52,440 nucleotides of DNA from Pirellulales bacterium (GCA_040901675.1 JBBDYJ010000005.1:1-52440); one strand, 5' to 3'. Shown: positions 38,499 through 49,285, counted from the first letter of the stretch. Notes: generated by a model from the letters alone, not told the origin. Numbers and translations: made by a program.

Positions 38499-39497
38499 CT
38501 AGCCGCCGGGCTTGAGCACGATCTTGCCGGCCAGGGTGCCGGCTTTGTGCAGGGTGTTTTCTTCCTGCAGGCGGTGGGCCTCCGCCGCCTTGGATAAGGG
38601 CAACACGCGGTCGATGCGGGGCTTCAGCTTTCCCTCGGCGAGCCAACGGTTGATGTCCTCCGCGGCCCGGCGCTGCTCGTCGGGCGTGGCGTTGAAGATC
38701 GCAAAGCCGTGCAGCGAACAGTCCTTCACGTAGAAGGGACCGACCGGGAAAATCGGGCGGGCCTCGCGGCCGGCCATCAGGATCATGCGGCCCCGCGGCG
38801 CCAACAAGGGCACCACACGCTCGAAGTCGGGCTCGCGGAGCGATTCCCACCAGACGTTGACCCCCCCGGGCACAAAACCTCGGATGGCCGCGTCCACGTC
38901 GTCGGTCTTGTAGTTCACCGCCAGGTCGGCGCCCAGCTCGCGGCAGGCGGCCACCTTCTCCGCCGAGCCGCCCGTGGTGATCACGCGGGCTCCGATGGCC
39001 TTGGCCATCTGCACCACGCTCGAGCCGACGCCGCCCGTGCCGCCGTGGACAAACAGCGTCTCACCCGGCTTCAAGGCGGCACACCGGACCAGGCCCAGGT
39101 GGGCCGTGATGCCTACCAGCGCGATGGCGGCCGCCTCCTCGTCCTTGACGCCCTGTGGAGTCGGATACAGCCACGATTCGTCGACGGCGGCCAGCTCGGC
39201 AAACGTGCCTTGCCGGCCCATGAGTCCCTGGTTGCTTCCCCAGACGCGCGTGCCCGGGCGAAACCGCTTGGCCTCCGGCCCGCAACGTTCGACCACCCCC
39301 GCCAGGTCGCAGCCCACTACGAACGGCATGGGCAGTTGCATCTTGACCGCGCCGGACCGCAAATACGTGTCGATCGGGTTGACGGCCACCGCTTTGACCC
39401 GCACCAGCACCTGCGCGCCCCTCGGTTCGGGATCGGCAAGATCGCCGTAGATGATGTTCTCGGCGGGCCCGGTCTCTTGGATGTACGCGGCCTTCAT
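38499..39497 (-). CDS. NADPH:quinone reductase (zeta-crystallin/MDR family)
   Basis: MKAAYI..GP, VNPIDTYLRSG, VHGGTGGVG and GKIVL. Confidence 0.92.
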   Translation of the reverse strand: MKAAYIQETGPAENIIYGDLADPEPRGAQVLVRVKAVAVNPIDTYLRSGAVKMQLPMPFVVGCDLAGVVERCGPEAKRFRPGTRVWGSNQGLMGRQGTFAELAAVDESWLYPTPQGVKDEEAAAIALVGITAHLGLVRCAALKPGETLFVHGGTGGVGSSVVQMAKAIGARVITTGGSAEKVAACRELGADLAVNYKTDDVDAAIRGFVPGGVNVWWESLREPDFERVVPLLAPRGRMILMAGREARPIFPVGPFYVKDCSLHGFAIFNATPDEQRRAAEDINRWLAEGKLKPRIDRVLPLSKAAEAHRLQEENTLHKAGTLAGKIVLKPGG

Positions 39498-39629
39498 GGT
39501 TACTATGTAATCTGGCGAGCGGTTTTGAAGTCCAGGCGCCGAATCGCCCAAGGGCGTTTTATCAAAGGCTGGCGGCAAAAAACAGTCCCGGAAGGCGAGA
39601 GCGGCACAACGACTGGTTGATTACCTGCC

Positions 39630-40451
39630 ATGGCGACCCATCTTTTCAACTCCGATCAACTGGCCGATTACCGGCGTGACGGTTACGTGTTGCTGCCCGA
39701 GCTGTTCGACGCCGAGGAGATGGGCATCCTGCTCGACTATGCCCGCAACGACCAGTCGCTGGCGGCCAGCGCTTATGGGCGCAAGGACGCCACGGGCCGC
39801 GAAACCCGGCTGGCACTCTGGAACCATCCGGGCGAGGACCTGTACGGCATGTTCTCGCGCTCGCCACGGATCGTGGACCGTATGGAGCAGTTGCTCGAGG
39901 GAGAGGTATATCACTATCACAGCAAGATGATGCTCAAGGAGCCGTTTGTGGGGGGCGCCTGGGAGTGGCACCAGGACTACGGCTACTGGTACCACAATGG
40001 CTGCCTGTTTCCGCTTCTGGCGAGTTGCCTGATCGCGGTCGACCGGGCCAACCGGGAGAACGGCTGCCTGCAGGTGCTGCGCGGATCGCATTTGATGGGG
40101 CGGATCGATCACGGCAAGACCGGCGATCAGACCGGCGCCGATCCCCAGCGCGTGCAGGCGGCGATCGAAAGGCTGGAGCTCGTGTACATCGAGGCCATGC
40201 CGGGCGACGCCTTGTTCTTTCACTCCAACCTCTTGCACCGCTCGGACCAGAACGCCTCGGCCCGTCCGCGCTGGTCGTTGATCTGCTGTTACAATGCAGC
40301 CCGCAACGATCCGTACAAGGAGTCGCGGCACCCGCGCTATACGCCGCTGGTGAAAACAACCGACTCGGCCATCAAGGAGTGGCGGCGCCCGGGAGCAACC
40401 GAAAGGGGGACGGCCGGAACGGGGGACGGGGGGCGACGGCCGAAAGAGTGA
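39630..40451 (+). CDS. PhyH-family Fe(II)/2-oxoglutarate dioxygenase (ectoine hydroxylase-like)
   Basis: WEWHQDYGYW (HxD), NGCLQVLRGSH and GDALFFHSNLLHRS..R. Confidence 0.9.
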   Translation: MATHLFNSDQLADYRRDGYVLLPELFDAEEMGILLDYARNDQSLAASAYGRKDATGRETRLALWNHPGEDLYGMFSRSPRIVDRMEQLLEGEVYHYHSKMMLKEPFVGGAWEWHQDYGYWYHNGCLFPLLASCLIAVDRANRENGCLQVLRGSHLMGRIDHGKTGDQTGADPQRVQAAIERLELVYIEAMPGDALFFHSNLLHRSDQNASARPRWSLICCYNAARNDPYKESRHPRYTPLVKTTDSAIKEWRRPGATERGTAGTGDGGRRPKE

Positions 40452-40528
40452 CCCGGATTCGCCGAACGGCGCAACCTGTCACAACGCGGGCGATCCGCTG
40501 AAGCAGGAATCCCGGATCCAGAATTGCT

Positions 40529-41104
40529 TCAGCCTGGCTGCCGGCGGGGCTTGCGCTGCCGCGGCCAGGCCAGTCCGGCAACTATCATCAGCACTCCGGC
40601 CCCCGCGGCCGCCCCCACCAGGTACACCCAGGACTTGTATTGCTTCTCGATTTGCAGGTAAACGAGCATGCGGCGATCTTCGTCTTGGATCGTCAGACCG
40701 GCTTGTAACTGGTGCCATGCCTCCCAGACCTGCTCGATCGTATAGGTGTCCAGGTCTTCGCGGTTGATCCGGTCGAAGCCCTCAACCAGGCGGGGTGGCT
40801 GCGGATACCTGTACCAGAGGAATAGCGATGGTGGCACGCACACGAGAATGGTCGCCAGCCCCAGGAAAACCAGCCCCTGGCGGATCCCCCACTCTGCCTT
40901 CTCTCGGGCCGGCGCCGCTTCGGAGGCGATTTGAGTCTGTTCGAGCCTGGCCATGTCCCGCAAGGTGGGCACGGTGAGCTCATTGCCACAGGCGCAGCGA
41001 AGGGGCAGGCCCGACTGAGCAGTCTCGACCGGCAGCTTGTTGCCGCAACGACAGGGAAGCAGGTAGGCGGTTTTCATCATCACGGTAGGAGCACTCGAAT
41101 CCAT
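40529..41104 (-). CDS. Membrane protein with N-terminal Zn-ribbon
   Basis: CRCG...CACG..VPTLR followed by two hydrophobic helices. Confidence 0.75.
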   Translation of the reverse strand: MDSSAPTVMMKTAYLLPCRCGNKLPVETAQSGLPLRCACGNELTVPTLRDMARLEQTQIASEAAPAREKAEWGIRQGLVFLGLATILVCVPPSLFLWYRYPQPPRLVEGFDRINREDLDTYTIEQVWEAWHQLQAGLTIQDEDRRMLVYLQIEKQYKSWVYLVGAAAGAGVLMIVAGLAWPRQRKPRRQPG

Positions 41105-41113
41105 GCAAATTTT

Positions 41114-41914
41114 TTATTCGGGAACCGCGGAGCCCCGGTTGGCCCACCAGGGCAGCGTGATGGCGCCGTCGATGCCCAGCGAAGTGCCGGTGATGTAGTC
41201 GCTGTCCGGGTCGCACAAGAACACCACGCCGCGGCCTATCTCGCCGGGCCGGCCCATCCGTTTCCAGGGAAGTTTTTCGGCTGCCCGCCGCAGTTGTTCC
41301 TCGCTGGCGAACTTGCGCTCGCCCGGCGTGTCAATCCACCCTGGATGGATGATGTTCACCCGTATCCGCTGGTCCACCAGCTCAATGGCCGCCGTACGGG
41401 CCATCTGATCGATGGCCGCCTTCGACATGTTATACGCCATCGAACGGGGCACGGCCGTGTAGGCGTGCGGCGAGCTGATCACCACGATCGAGCCTCCCTG
41501 CCCTTGCCGAATCATCTGCCGCGCGGCCGCCCTCAAGGTATAAAACGCGCCCCACATCGTAACGTCGACCGTGCGCCGGAAACCATCGAGGTCGGCGGTA
41601 TGAAAAGGCTCGCGGTCGCTGTAGGCGGCATTGGTCACCGCAATGTCGAGCCGGCCGAACTCCTCCACGGCGCGGGCCACCATCCGCTCGACCGCCTGGT
41701 AGTCAGCCACGTCGGCCGGGACCAAGAGAGGCTTTGAGCCGGCACGGCGGATCTCGGCGGCCACTTCGTCGGCCTCGGCGGCGCCGCTGCGGTAGTTCAC
41801 CGCCACGTGGCAGCCGGCCTGCGCCAGCGCAACGGCCGTGCCGCGGCCGATTCCACGGCTCGCCCCGGTAACCAAGGCAACCTTACCGGCTAATTTCGAC
41901 AAAGCCTTTTCCAC
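41114..41914 (-). CDS. Short-chain dehydrogenase/reductase
   Basis: VTGASRGIG, YNMSKAA (YxxxK) and ITGTSLGIDG. Confidence 0.93.
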   Translation of the reverse strand: MEKALSKLAGKVALVTGASRGIGRGTAVALAQAGCHVAVNYRSGAAEADEVAAEIRRAGSKPLLVPADVADYQAVERMVARAVEEFGRLDIAVTNAAYSDREPFHTADLDGFRRTVDVTMWGAFYTLRAAARQMIRQGQGGSIVVISSPHAYTAVPRSMAYNMSKAAIDQMARTAAIELVDQRIRVNIIHPGWIDTPGERKFASEEQLRRAAEKLPWKRMGRPGEIGRGVVFLCDPDSDYITGTSLGIDGAITLPWWANRGSAVPE

Positions 41915-42079
41915 TGCTCGAAAGGGTCAAGAACATCGAACCGACAACTTCGTGCATGCTACCATGGAAAGGCAGGAGGCAGAAGGAGGAAGGGCCTCTC
42001 TCCTGCTGAGAACGGAAAACTTCGCCGGGGCATCCCGGCGCGCCGGGACTTTGCCGCCAGGCACCCGACGTCTTCGTCT

Positions 42080-43078
42080 TCATTCCTCCTTCCTCCTTCC
42101 TCCTTCCTCCTTCCCCAAGCGCTCTCCCGGCTTCATGGGATGGCCGCGGAGAAACTCGGCCGCGCCGAGCATGCGCTTGCCGGCCGGCTGCAACGATTCA
42201 ATCTCGAGCACTCCCTGCCCCGTGGCCACCAGCAGTCCCTCCTTTGCCCCGAGCACCGTGCCGGGCACAATCGGCTTTTGCAGGCCCTGCCAAGTCGATG
42301 CGTCGTCGGCGCGGACCCTCGCGCGGCCAAGGATCAATCGCACCGCGTCCCCTTCGGCTCGCTGCCAGAACGTGTACGTCCGGGGCCAAGGTTCCATGGC
42401 CCTGATCTGGTTCTTGATCGCCTGCGCCGGCCGGCTCCAATCCACCAGGCCGTCCGACTTGCGCAGCCGGCGGGCCGGCGTGGCCAAGCCGGGATCTTGC
42501 GGCAATGGTTCGACGCGGCCGGCTGCCAATGCCTCGATCGTGGCCAGCACCAACGGCGCGCCTAACTGGGCCAGCCGGGCTTCGAGCTCGATGGAGTTCT
42601 CATCCGGATCGATCGGCGTCGAGGCCTGCGCCAGGCAAGGGCCGGCGTCGATGCGAGGAGTCATCTGGATCACGCTGACACCCGTTTCGCTCTCGCCGTG
42701 ATAGATGGCCCAGTTCACCGGGGCGGCGCCGCGGTACTTCGGCAACAGCGACCCGTGCAGGTTCACGCCACCCAGTCGGGCAACCTCGAGCGTGGCGGCG
42801 GCCAGGATCTGCCCATAGTCGGCCACGACCAACACATCGGGCTCCCAGGCCGCCAGTTCGGCCCAGGCGGAGTCGGTATTCACCTTCTCGGGCGCCAGCA
42901 TCGGTGTGTTGCTCTGTTCGGCAAGCACCCGCATGGGGCTCGGCGGCGGCCGATGGCCGGCGGGGCCCGCGCGCGCGGGCTGCGTGACCAGGCCGGCAAC
43001 GTCGTGGCGGCTGTCCAACAGCGCGCGAAACGTCGGCACCGCGAACGCTCCAGTGCCCATCATGACTACACGCATCAA
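42080..43078 (-). CDS. fmt: Methionyl-tRNA formyltransferase
   Basis: MGTGAFA, VTQP, VVADYGQIL and NLHGSLLPKYRGAAP; adjacent to def. Confidence 0.96.
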   Translation of the reverse strand: MMRVVMMGTGAFAVPTFRALLDSRHDVAGLVTQPARAGPAGHRPPPSPMRVLAEQSNTPMLAPEKVNTDSAWAELAAWEPDVLVVADYGQILAAATLEVARLGGVNLHGSLLPKYRGAAPVNWAIYHGESETGVSVIQMTPRIDAGPCLAQASTPIDPDENSIELEARLAQLGAPLVLATIEALAAGRVEPLPQDPGLATPARRLRKSDGLVDWSRPAQAIKNQIRAMEPWPRTYTFWQRAEGDAVRLILGRARVRADDASTWQGLQKPIVPGTVLGAKEGLLVATGQGVLEIESLQPAGKRMLGAAEFLRGHPMKPGERLGKEEGGRRKEE

Positions 43079-43148
43079 CGTCGGTCTCGCTTAAGAAGTG
43101 CCGCGAACCGCGGCAACCGCGTATTTCGGCCGGCCCGCCAACGCAGGA

Positions 43149-43736
43149 CTAGGCCCGGAGCTGTTCCAATTCGGCAAGTCGGCTGAGAATCTGTTCGTCG
43201 CTGGGAATCTCTCCGCGAGTCCGGCGGCTCTGGAAGTCGGCCTCGAACTCCGCGAGCGCCTCGCGGACCGCCAGGTGGGCCGTCGGACTGAGCCGGTCGA
43301 TGAACAATACGCCGTCCAGGTGATCGGTCTCATGCTGCACTACCCGCGCAAAAAGACCCTCCAGCCCCATGGTCACTTCCTGGCCGGCCAGGTTGTAGGC
43401 GTTCACGGTAATCCGCTCGGGGCGTCTGACCTGCGCATAGAGGCCGGGCAGGCTGAGGCAACCTTCCTCCTCCTCGCCTGAGCCTTTGGGCTGGCTCAAC
43501 ACCGGGTTGATGAAAACGAACTCCTGGTCGCGCAGGGCCGGGTCGCACGTCAGGTTGATCACGAACAGCCGGTAGGGCAGGTCGACCTGGTTGGCCGCAA
43601 GTCCGATGCCCCGGTGGTCTTTTTCGTACATCAGGTCGAACATCTGCCGCACCACCGTGTGCAGTTCGGCGTCGACCCTGCGCAGGGGTTTGGAAGGCCG
43701 CGTCAGCGTAGGATGGGGATAAGTGACAATCCGCAA
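43149..43736 (-). CDS. def: Peptide deformylase
   Basis: GIGLAANQV, EGCLSLP and QHETDHLDG. A TTG start after GGAGAG is inferred. Confidence 0.96.
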   Translation of the reverse strand: MRIVTYPHPTLTRPSKPLRRVDAELHTVVRQMFDLMYEKDHRGIGLAANQVDLPYRLFVINLTCDPALRDQEFVFINPVLSQPKGSGEEEEGCLSLPGLYAQVRRPERITVNAYNLAGQEVTMGLEGLFARVVQHETDHLDGVLFIDRLSPTAHLAVREALAEFEADFQSRRTRGEIPSDEQILSRLAELEQLRA

Positions 43737-43893
43737 AGGACTCTCCGACCGCAAGAACGCCCGCTCACGGGCAAGCGGGGAATTATAGTGTCCAAGGGCC
43801 CCGGATTGAAGTTGGCTCACGTTGACCCTTCGGGCGGCGGCCCCTAGAATTGCGGACACCTCTTCTTCGCAATCCTTTTCCGGGCATGGGCTT

Positions 43894-44949
43894 GTGAAAC
43901 CATCCCCACCAACTGCGCCGGTGCCGTTCGATCGGCTGCTCGAGGCCCGCACCTCTCCTGATCAGAGCTCTCGGCTTCGGCGCTGGCAAGTTGCGGCGCC
44001 CGCCTGGCTCAGCTCGCTGGTGCTGCACGTGCTGTTGGTGGTGATCCTGGGGTACACCTTTACCATTCTGCCGCGGGGCACGCAGGCCCAGCCGGGGGCC
44101 GAATTGGTCGCCTCCATCAACACCGACGACCTCGACGGCGAAATGTTCGAGGACGAGCACTCCACGGTGGCGGTCACGGCTTCGACCGCCGAGCAACCCA
44201 CCGCCGCCCAGCAGCCATCGGGCGGCCCGATCGGCGAGATCTTCGACGACCGCCCGCCGGTCGATGCCAGCTCGGCCCTGCCGGGCGCCCTGGAATTGTC
44301 GGGTCTGGCGGGGACAGGCGGACAAGGCCCGGCCACCGGCGCGGGCGACTTTACCGGAGGTCCGCGGCAACCGGCCCGCGTCCAGGGGGGCAAAGCGCGG
44401 ACCAAGGTCTACGGCGTGGTCGGCGAAGGCAACGCGTTTGTCTACGTGTTCGATCGATCGGGCAGCATGGGAGGCGGCTCCACCAGCCCGCTCAACGCCG
44501 CCAAGACCGAATTGATGGCCAGCCTCGATAACCTGGGAGACACCAACCAGTTTCAAATCGTCTTCTACAACGAAAAGCCGACGGTGATGCCGGTCGGGCG
44601 ACAGCGGGGCGGACTCTTGTTCGGCACCGAAGCGAACAAGAAGCTGGCGCAGTCGTTCGTTTCCAGTATCCGGGCCGACGGCGGCACGCGCCACGAGGAG
44701 GCCTTGCAAAAGGCGTTGCGGCTCGCGCCGGATGTGGTTTTTTTCCTCACCGACGCCGATCAACCCGAGCTGTCAGCCGGGCAACTGGCCGACATCAAGC
44801 GGCGCAACGGCGGCCGCACCTCCGTGAACACCATCGAGTTCGGACTGGGGCCCGCAATCGGGCGCGAGAACTTTCTTGTCCGCTTGGCGCGCCAGAACGG
44901 CGGACAGTACGTCTACATCGACATCTCCCGATACCGCTCGCGCGACTGA
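43894..44949 (+). CDS. Membrane-anchored VWA-domain protein
   Basis: WLSSLVLHVLLVVIL TM segment, MIDAS FDRSGSM, GGT and FFLTDA. The start is uncertain (ORF open from 43822). Confidence 0.85.
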   Translation: MKPSPPTAPVPFDRLLEARTSPDQSSRLRRWQVAAPAWLSSLVLHVLLVVILGYTFTILPRGTQAQPGAELVASINTDDLDGEMFEDEHSTVAVTASTAEQPTAAQQPSGGPIGEIFDDRPPVDASSALPGALELSGLAGTGGQGPATGAGDFTGGPRQPARVQGGKARTKVYGVVGEGNAFVYVFDRSGSMGGGSTSPLNAAKTELMASLDNLGDTNQFQIVFYNEKPTVMPVGRQRGGLLFGTEANKKLAQSFVSSIRADGGTRHEEALQKALRLAPDVVFFLTDADQPELSAGQLADIKRRNGGRTSVNTIEFGLGPAIGRENFLVRLARQNGGQYVYIDISRYRSRD

Positions 44950-44978
44950 CATTGTTCTTACGGGGAAGACGCAACGAC

Positions 44979-47900
44979 GTGCCACGAAACAGGCTACTGG
45001 TCTATCGCTTCCTGATCGGCCTATCCGCCATCTATGCGATGCTCAGCCTGGCGAGGCTGCCGGCCGCCTGGGGCCAGGACATCGTGTACCTGTCGTCGGC
45101 CAGCAACCCCCGGTCCAGCACGCGGTTGGCCGGCAAGGTGCTCGAGTACACGGGCAGCGAGCTCGTGCTTGAGCTGCCCGGTGGCCGCCAGCGCAAGTTC
45201 CCCGCGGCCCGGGTCCGCGACATCGAGTCCGAGTGGACCGAGCCGCACTCGCAGGGAAACGCGCTGTTTGCCAAGGGCCAGCACTGCGAAGCGATTGGCA
45301 AGTACCAGGCGGCCGTACGCGCAGAGCCGCGGCGCTGGGTCCAGCGGATGATCCTCGCCCGGCTGATCGAGTGCTACGCCGAGTTGAACCAGTTGGCCCA
45401 GGCCGGCGAGCTGTTTCTGACCCTCTTCAATGACGATCCGGCCACGCCCTACTTTCACGTGATCCCGCTGAGCTGGCTGCCGGCCGAGCCAAACCCGCAA
45501 TTAGAGCTCAAGGCGCGGGAGTGGATGGCCAGGCACGACGCGCCGGCGGTGCTGCTGGCGGCCAGCCACCTGCTGCCCGGCCCGCTCCGCCAGGCGGCAC
45601 TCGAACGGCTCGAGCCGGTGGCCAAAGATCCCGATCCGCGCATCGCGTCCTTGGCACAGGCACAGCTCTGGCGAGGCGCCGCGGCTACCGCCAGCCAGGA
45701 GCAACTCGCCGCGTGGAAAAAGAATCTCGAAGAGTTCCCCGAAGATCTGCGGGCAGGGCCCTATCTGGCCTTGGGCCGCATCGCGGCGCAGCGCGGCGAC
45801 CCGGTTCAGGCGGCCCTGCTGCTACTGCACGTTCCCATTCTCTATCCCCAGCAGCGATCCTTGGCCGCGGAGGGGCTGCTGGCGGCAGCGCAATCGCTGG
45901 AGAAAACCGGCCCGGCAGATCTGGCGCCGACGCTCTATCGTGAGCTGGCCGCTCACTATTCCTCGAGCCGGCCGGGCTCGCTCGCCAGGCAAAAGTTGCA
46001 AGAGCTGGGGGTCGAGTTGGTTCCGCCTGCACTACCCGTTGCCGCCGCCGGCTCCCTGGAGGCCCGCTTTCTCGACGGCTTGCGCGGACGGCGGCTGTTC
46101 GAGCTGGCCGAAACGGCCTGCCGCGACCGCCTCGACGCGACTGGCCTTTCCAACGAACGTCGCAGCCGCCTGGCAATCGAGCTGTCGCGGTCGTTCACGG
46201 AACATGCCCTGCACTCAGCGCCCGACAAGCGAGAGCCGCTCTGGCAGCAAGCCATTGATGCACTGGACCAATCGGGCGCCCAAGCCGACCACCCGTGGCG
46301 TGTTTTGGAGCAGGTTCAACGTGGCCTGATGCACCTGGCCCGAGGTGAGCTGGCACGGCAAGAAGCGGAGCTGGTGCGGGCCACCGAACAACAGATCGAG
46401 CAGGCCCGGACCCACTTGCGGGCCGCCGTGAAACAGCTCGAAGAGGCAGCGGCCGCCGTCGCAGCCCAGCAGCGGCAGGCTAACCAGCGCGGCCCCGGGC
46501 AGCCCGATGGACTGTCGGAGTCGGACCTGGCCTCGCTGGCCGACCACGTCAGCTATCAGCTTGCCCGCGCCTTCCGCAACCAGGGGCAGTGCTATCCGGC
46601 AGGCAGTCCCGATCGGGCGAACTCGCTGCGCCAGTCGGTCAACCTGCTTTCCACGCTGGCCCGGACCGACGTGTTCGACGCATTGACCTGGAACGCCCGG
46701 CTCGACGAGATCGTCTGCTACCGGCTGTTGGAAGACTTCCGCGCGGCATACGAGCGGATCGAATTGCTCACCCAGCGCGAGCCTCCTCCGCAAGTTCACC
46801 TGGCGGCCAGAGCCGAAGAAATTCGCCTGGCTTTGGACCAGGGCCGGCTGGAGGACGCCTTGGCGGCCGCCGACGAACAAAACTCGGCCGATGACGAGAC
46901 CTCCGGGAACCTCGACTATGCCCGGCTCGAAGCGCACGTGGCTGCCTGGCGAGCGGCCGACCAGGCCGACAACACCCGCCAGGCCCGCCAGTGGCAATCG
47001 GAGGCGGCCAACCTGGTGCGCGCGATCGACGCCAGGCACGGCGCGTATTGGCGGCGGCGGGCGGAGACTTTGCTGGCAGGCACCCTAACCGGATCGGCTG
47101 ATCCAACGGGCGTGCAGGCGGCCGACATGGCACTGTTGGTCCGGGCGGCCGAAAGTTTCTACCGTGCAGGCCAAATCGACGAAGCCCTGGCCACCTACGA
47201 TCGGGCCGTCCAGCAGGCCAACCGCGACGGGAAAAGGCAAGAAGCCTTCGAGGCCGACTACGCCGCGGCTGCCATCGAGCAAGAGCACGGCCACTACCCC
47301 CAGGCGGCCAGCCGTTTCCGCCGATCGGCACTGGCGGCGCCCGACCATCCCCAGGCGGCCGACGCGCACCTGCTGGCGATCTACAACATGGCCCAGGCCG
47401 CAAAAAGTGAAAGCCAGCCTGAAGAGACTGACTCCCGCTCCGTCGACGACGAGTACCTGCGCCTGCTGGACGAGCACTTGGGGCAATGGCCGCAAGGTCC
47501 GTCCGCTTCCCAGGCCCGCCTGTGGCTTGGACGTCTGCAAAGCCGGCGGCAAGAGTGGCAGCGGGCGGTCGAGGCTTTTCGACAAGTGGCGCGAGAGCAC
47601 GCCGGCTTCGCGGAGGCGGTCCAAGGCATTGGCGACTGCTATGTCGCCTGGCTGGAACAACTCCAGGCCGGCGGCCAGCCCACGGGCCAACTGGCCGAGC
47701 AAGCCGCCGGCTACCTCGAAGGCCTGATCAATCGACTGGAGGGAGGGTCCGGCCAATGGGGCGCGGCCGAGCAGGCGGCGGCCATCGGCGCCGCCAGGGT
47801 TCGGCTCCGCTTTGGCAACAACCAATTCGCCGAGGCCGAGCAATTGCTCTTGCGGGCCTTGGCGGCGGCCGACGATCAGCAGCCCGCTTGGAAGTCGGCG

Positions 47901-48518
47901 GCTCAGGGCCTGTTGCTTGTCGCTCTGGCCGGCCAGGGGCGGCGCGAGGAAGCCGGCAAGCTGGTCGAGGGACTGGCCCGGGGTTCGCCGCGCCGGTTAT
48001 TAGAACTCTTGAAGAGTCTGGCGCGGATCCGAGAAACGGCGGCCGACGCGGTGCGTCCGGAGCTGGCGGAGTTGGAATTGGTGATTGCCCGCCGGTTGCG
48101 TACCGATCAGGAGGGACTGCGCGAAGACGAACAGCGCGCCTTCGAGCGCGCGTTTGTGGTCGTCCTGTCGCAGGCCGGCCGCCGCGGCGAGGCGCTGCAC
48201 GCCGCCAAGGAATTGACCCGCCGCTGGCCGCGCGACGGCGATATCCACGAAGACTACGCGCGGCTGCTGCTGGAGGGTCCCGACCAGGAGTCGCTCGAGG
48301 CGGCCTTGGCACAGTGGCACCAGATCCAGCAGAAGTCCCGGCCCGGCAGCGACCGCTGGTTGCGGGCCATGTATTCGATGGCGCTGGCGCACGAGCGGCT
48401 AGGCAATCTCGATCGGGCCATCGGCATGGTCAAGCTGGCCCGCGCGCAATACCCGGCGCTTGGTGGACCTGAAATGCACAAGCAATTCGAAGACCTGCTC
48501 GCCCGCTGTCAGCGCTAG
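44979..48518 (+). CDS. Large exported TPR/alpha-solenoid protein
   Basis: N-terminal hydrophobic signal followed by long Ala/Leu-rich helical repeats. A GTG start is inferred. Confidence 0.8.
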   Translation: MPRNRLLVYRFLIGLSAIYAMLSLARLPAAWGQDIVYLSSASNPRSSTRLAGKVLEYTGSELVLELPGGRQRKFPAARVRDIESEWTEPHSQGNALFAKGQHCEAIGKYQAAVRAEPRRWVQRMILARLIECYAELNQLAQAGELFLTLFNDDPATPYFHVIPLSWLPAEPNPQLELKAREWMARHDAPAVLLAASHLLPGPLRQAALERLEPVAKDPDPRIASLAQAQLWRGAAATASQEQLAAWKKNLEEFPEDLRAGPYLALGRIAAQRGDPVQAALLLLHVPILYPQQRSLAAEGLLAAAQSLEKTGPADLAPTLYRELAAHYSSSRPGSLARQKLQELGVELVPPALPVAAAGSLEARFLDGLRGRRLFELAETACRDRLDATGLSNERRSRLAIELSRSFTEHALHSAPDKREPLWQQAIDALDQSGAQADHPWRVLEQVQRGLMHLARGELARQEAELVRATEQQIEQARTHLRAAVKQLEEAAAAVAAQQRQANQRGPGQPDGLSESDLASLADHVSYQLARAFRNQGQCYPAGSPDRANSLRQSVNLLSTLARTDVFDALTWNARLDEIVCYRLLEDFRAAYERIELLTQREPPPQVHLAARAEEIRLALDQGRLEDALAAADEQNSADDETSGNLDYARLEAHVAAWRAADQADNTRQARQWQSEAANLVRAIDARHGAYWRRRAETLLAGTLTGSADPTGVQAADMALLVRAAESFYRAGQIDEALATYDRAVQQANRDGKRQEAFEADYAAAAIEQEHGHYPQAASRFRRSALAAPDHPQAADAHLLAIYNMAQAAKSESQPEETDSRSVDDEYLRLLDEHLGQWPQGPSASQARLWLGRLQSRRQEWQRAVEAFRQVAREHAGFAEAVQGIGDCYVAWLEQLQAGGQPTGQLAEQAAGYLEGLINRLEGGSGQWGAAEQAAAIGAARVRLRFGNNQFAEAEQLLLRALAAADDQQPAWKSAAQGLLLVALAGQGRREEAGKLVEGLARGSPRRLLELLKSLARIRETAADAVRPELAELELVIARRLRTDQEGLREDEQRAFERAFVVVLSQAGRRGEALHAAKELTRRWPRDGDIHEDYARLLLEGPDQESLEAALAQWHQIQQKSRPGSDRWLRAMYSMALAHERLGNLDRAIGMVKLARAQYPALGGPEMHKQFEDLLARCQR

Positions 48519-48529
48519 GCAATGGGGAG

Positions 48530-48962
48530 CGCATCCAAGGATGAATAGCAACGAAGTGCCGCGGGTGGATTGCCAAGTCCAGCACCTGCCCCTGGCCCCC
48601 ATGCGCTGGACCAGGTGCGGCCACTGCTGCACTTGCCAGTTCCAGCCCTGGCTGCGGTCCTCCGAGATCGGTGCCAGCGTTTTCTGGTGGACCTGCCGGT
48701 GCACGTAACTGCGGGTGTGCCCCCAGGGCGTGCCGAAAGCCTGCGACGCCACGTCGGTCGCCGAGAGCACGATCTCGCCGGTGGCGTAGCGGACCGGCTC
48801 CTTGCTGGCCTCGCTGGGCCCGGGAGCATCCGTGCCGCCCGAGTCGGAGCCGTGCGGGTTGCCGCCTCGGCTACTCGCGCCCGACGGGCCGACGTGTTTC
48901 CCCGTGCCCCCCGGCTCGCAAGGCCCTTTGGTCTGGAAACGCTTCCTGCAGCGTTTGGATCG
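48530..48962 (-). pseudogene. Remnant of an RHS protein N-terminus (DUF6531-like)
   Basis: The frame reads ...SKEPVRYATGEIVLSATDVASQAFGTPWGHTRSY...SQGWNWQVQQWPHL. There is no start codon before the domain, and similarity is lost soon after it. Confidence 0.65.
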
Positions 48963-49285
48963 TCAACAATGACCTGCGTCCGGAGCTGCCTCCTCTTTCT
49001 CGCCCCAAGCCTCAAGCCTCAAGCGGCAGTGCCATTCGTTCCTGACCAGGTCCTTTCCACGTGCTCTCCACCCACGCCGCCGCCCGAAGAGCTTAAGCTG
49101 CCGCCCCCTTTGGATGGTTCGGCCGCCGGGGCGGTCAACCACAACATCGTCCGCGGGGCGATGGGAAGGAAGGGCGATAGGGCAGTTTAGCGGGCGGGGG
49201 CGGAAGCGAACCCGAGGACCGTGCGTGGATCTCGCATTGAGCCAACCAGGGAACACGCTTGCAGGCATTTCCCGCAAACCCGACA

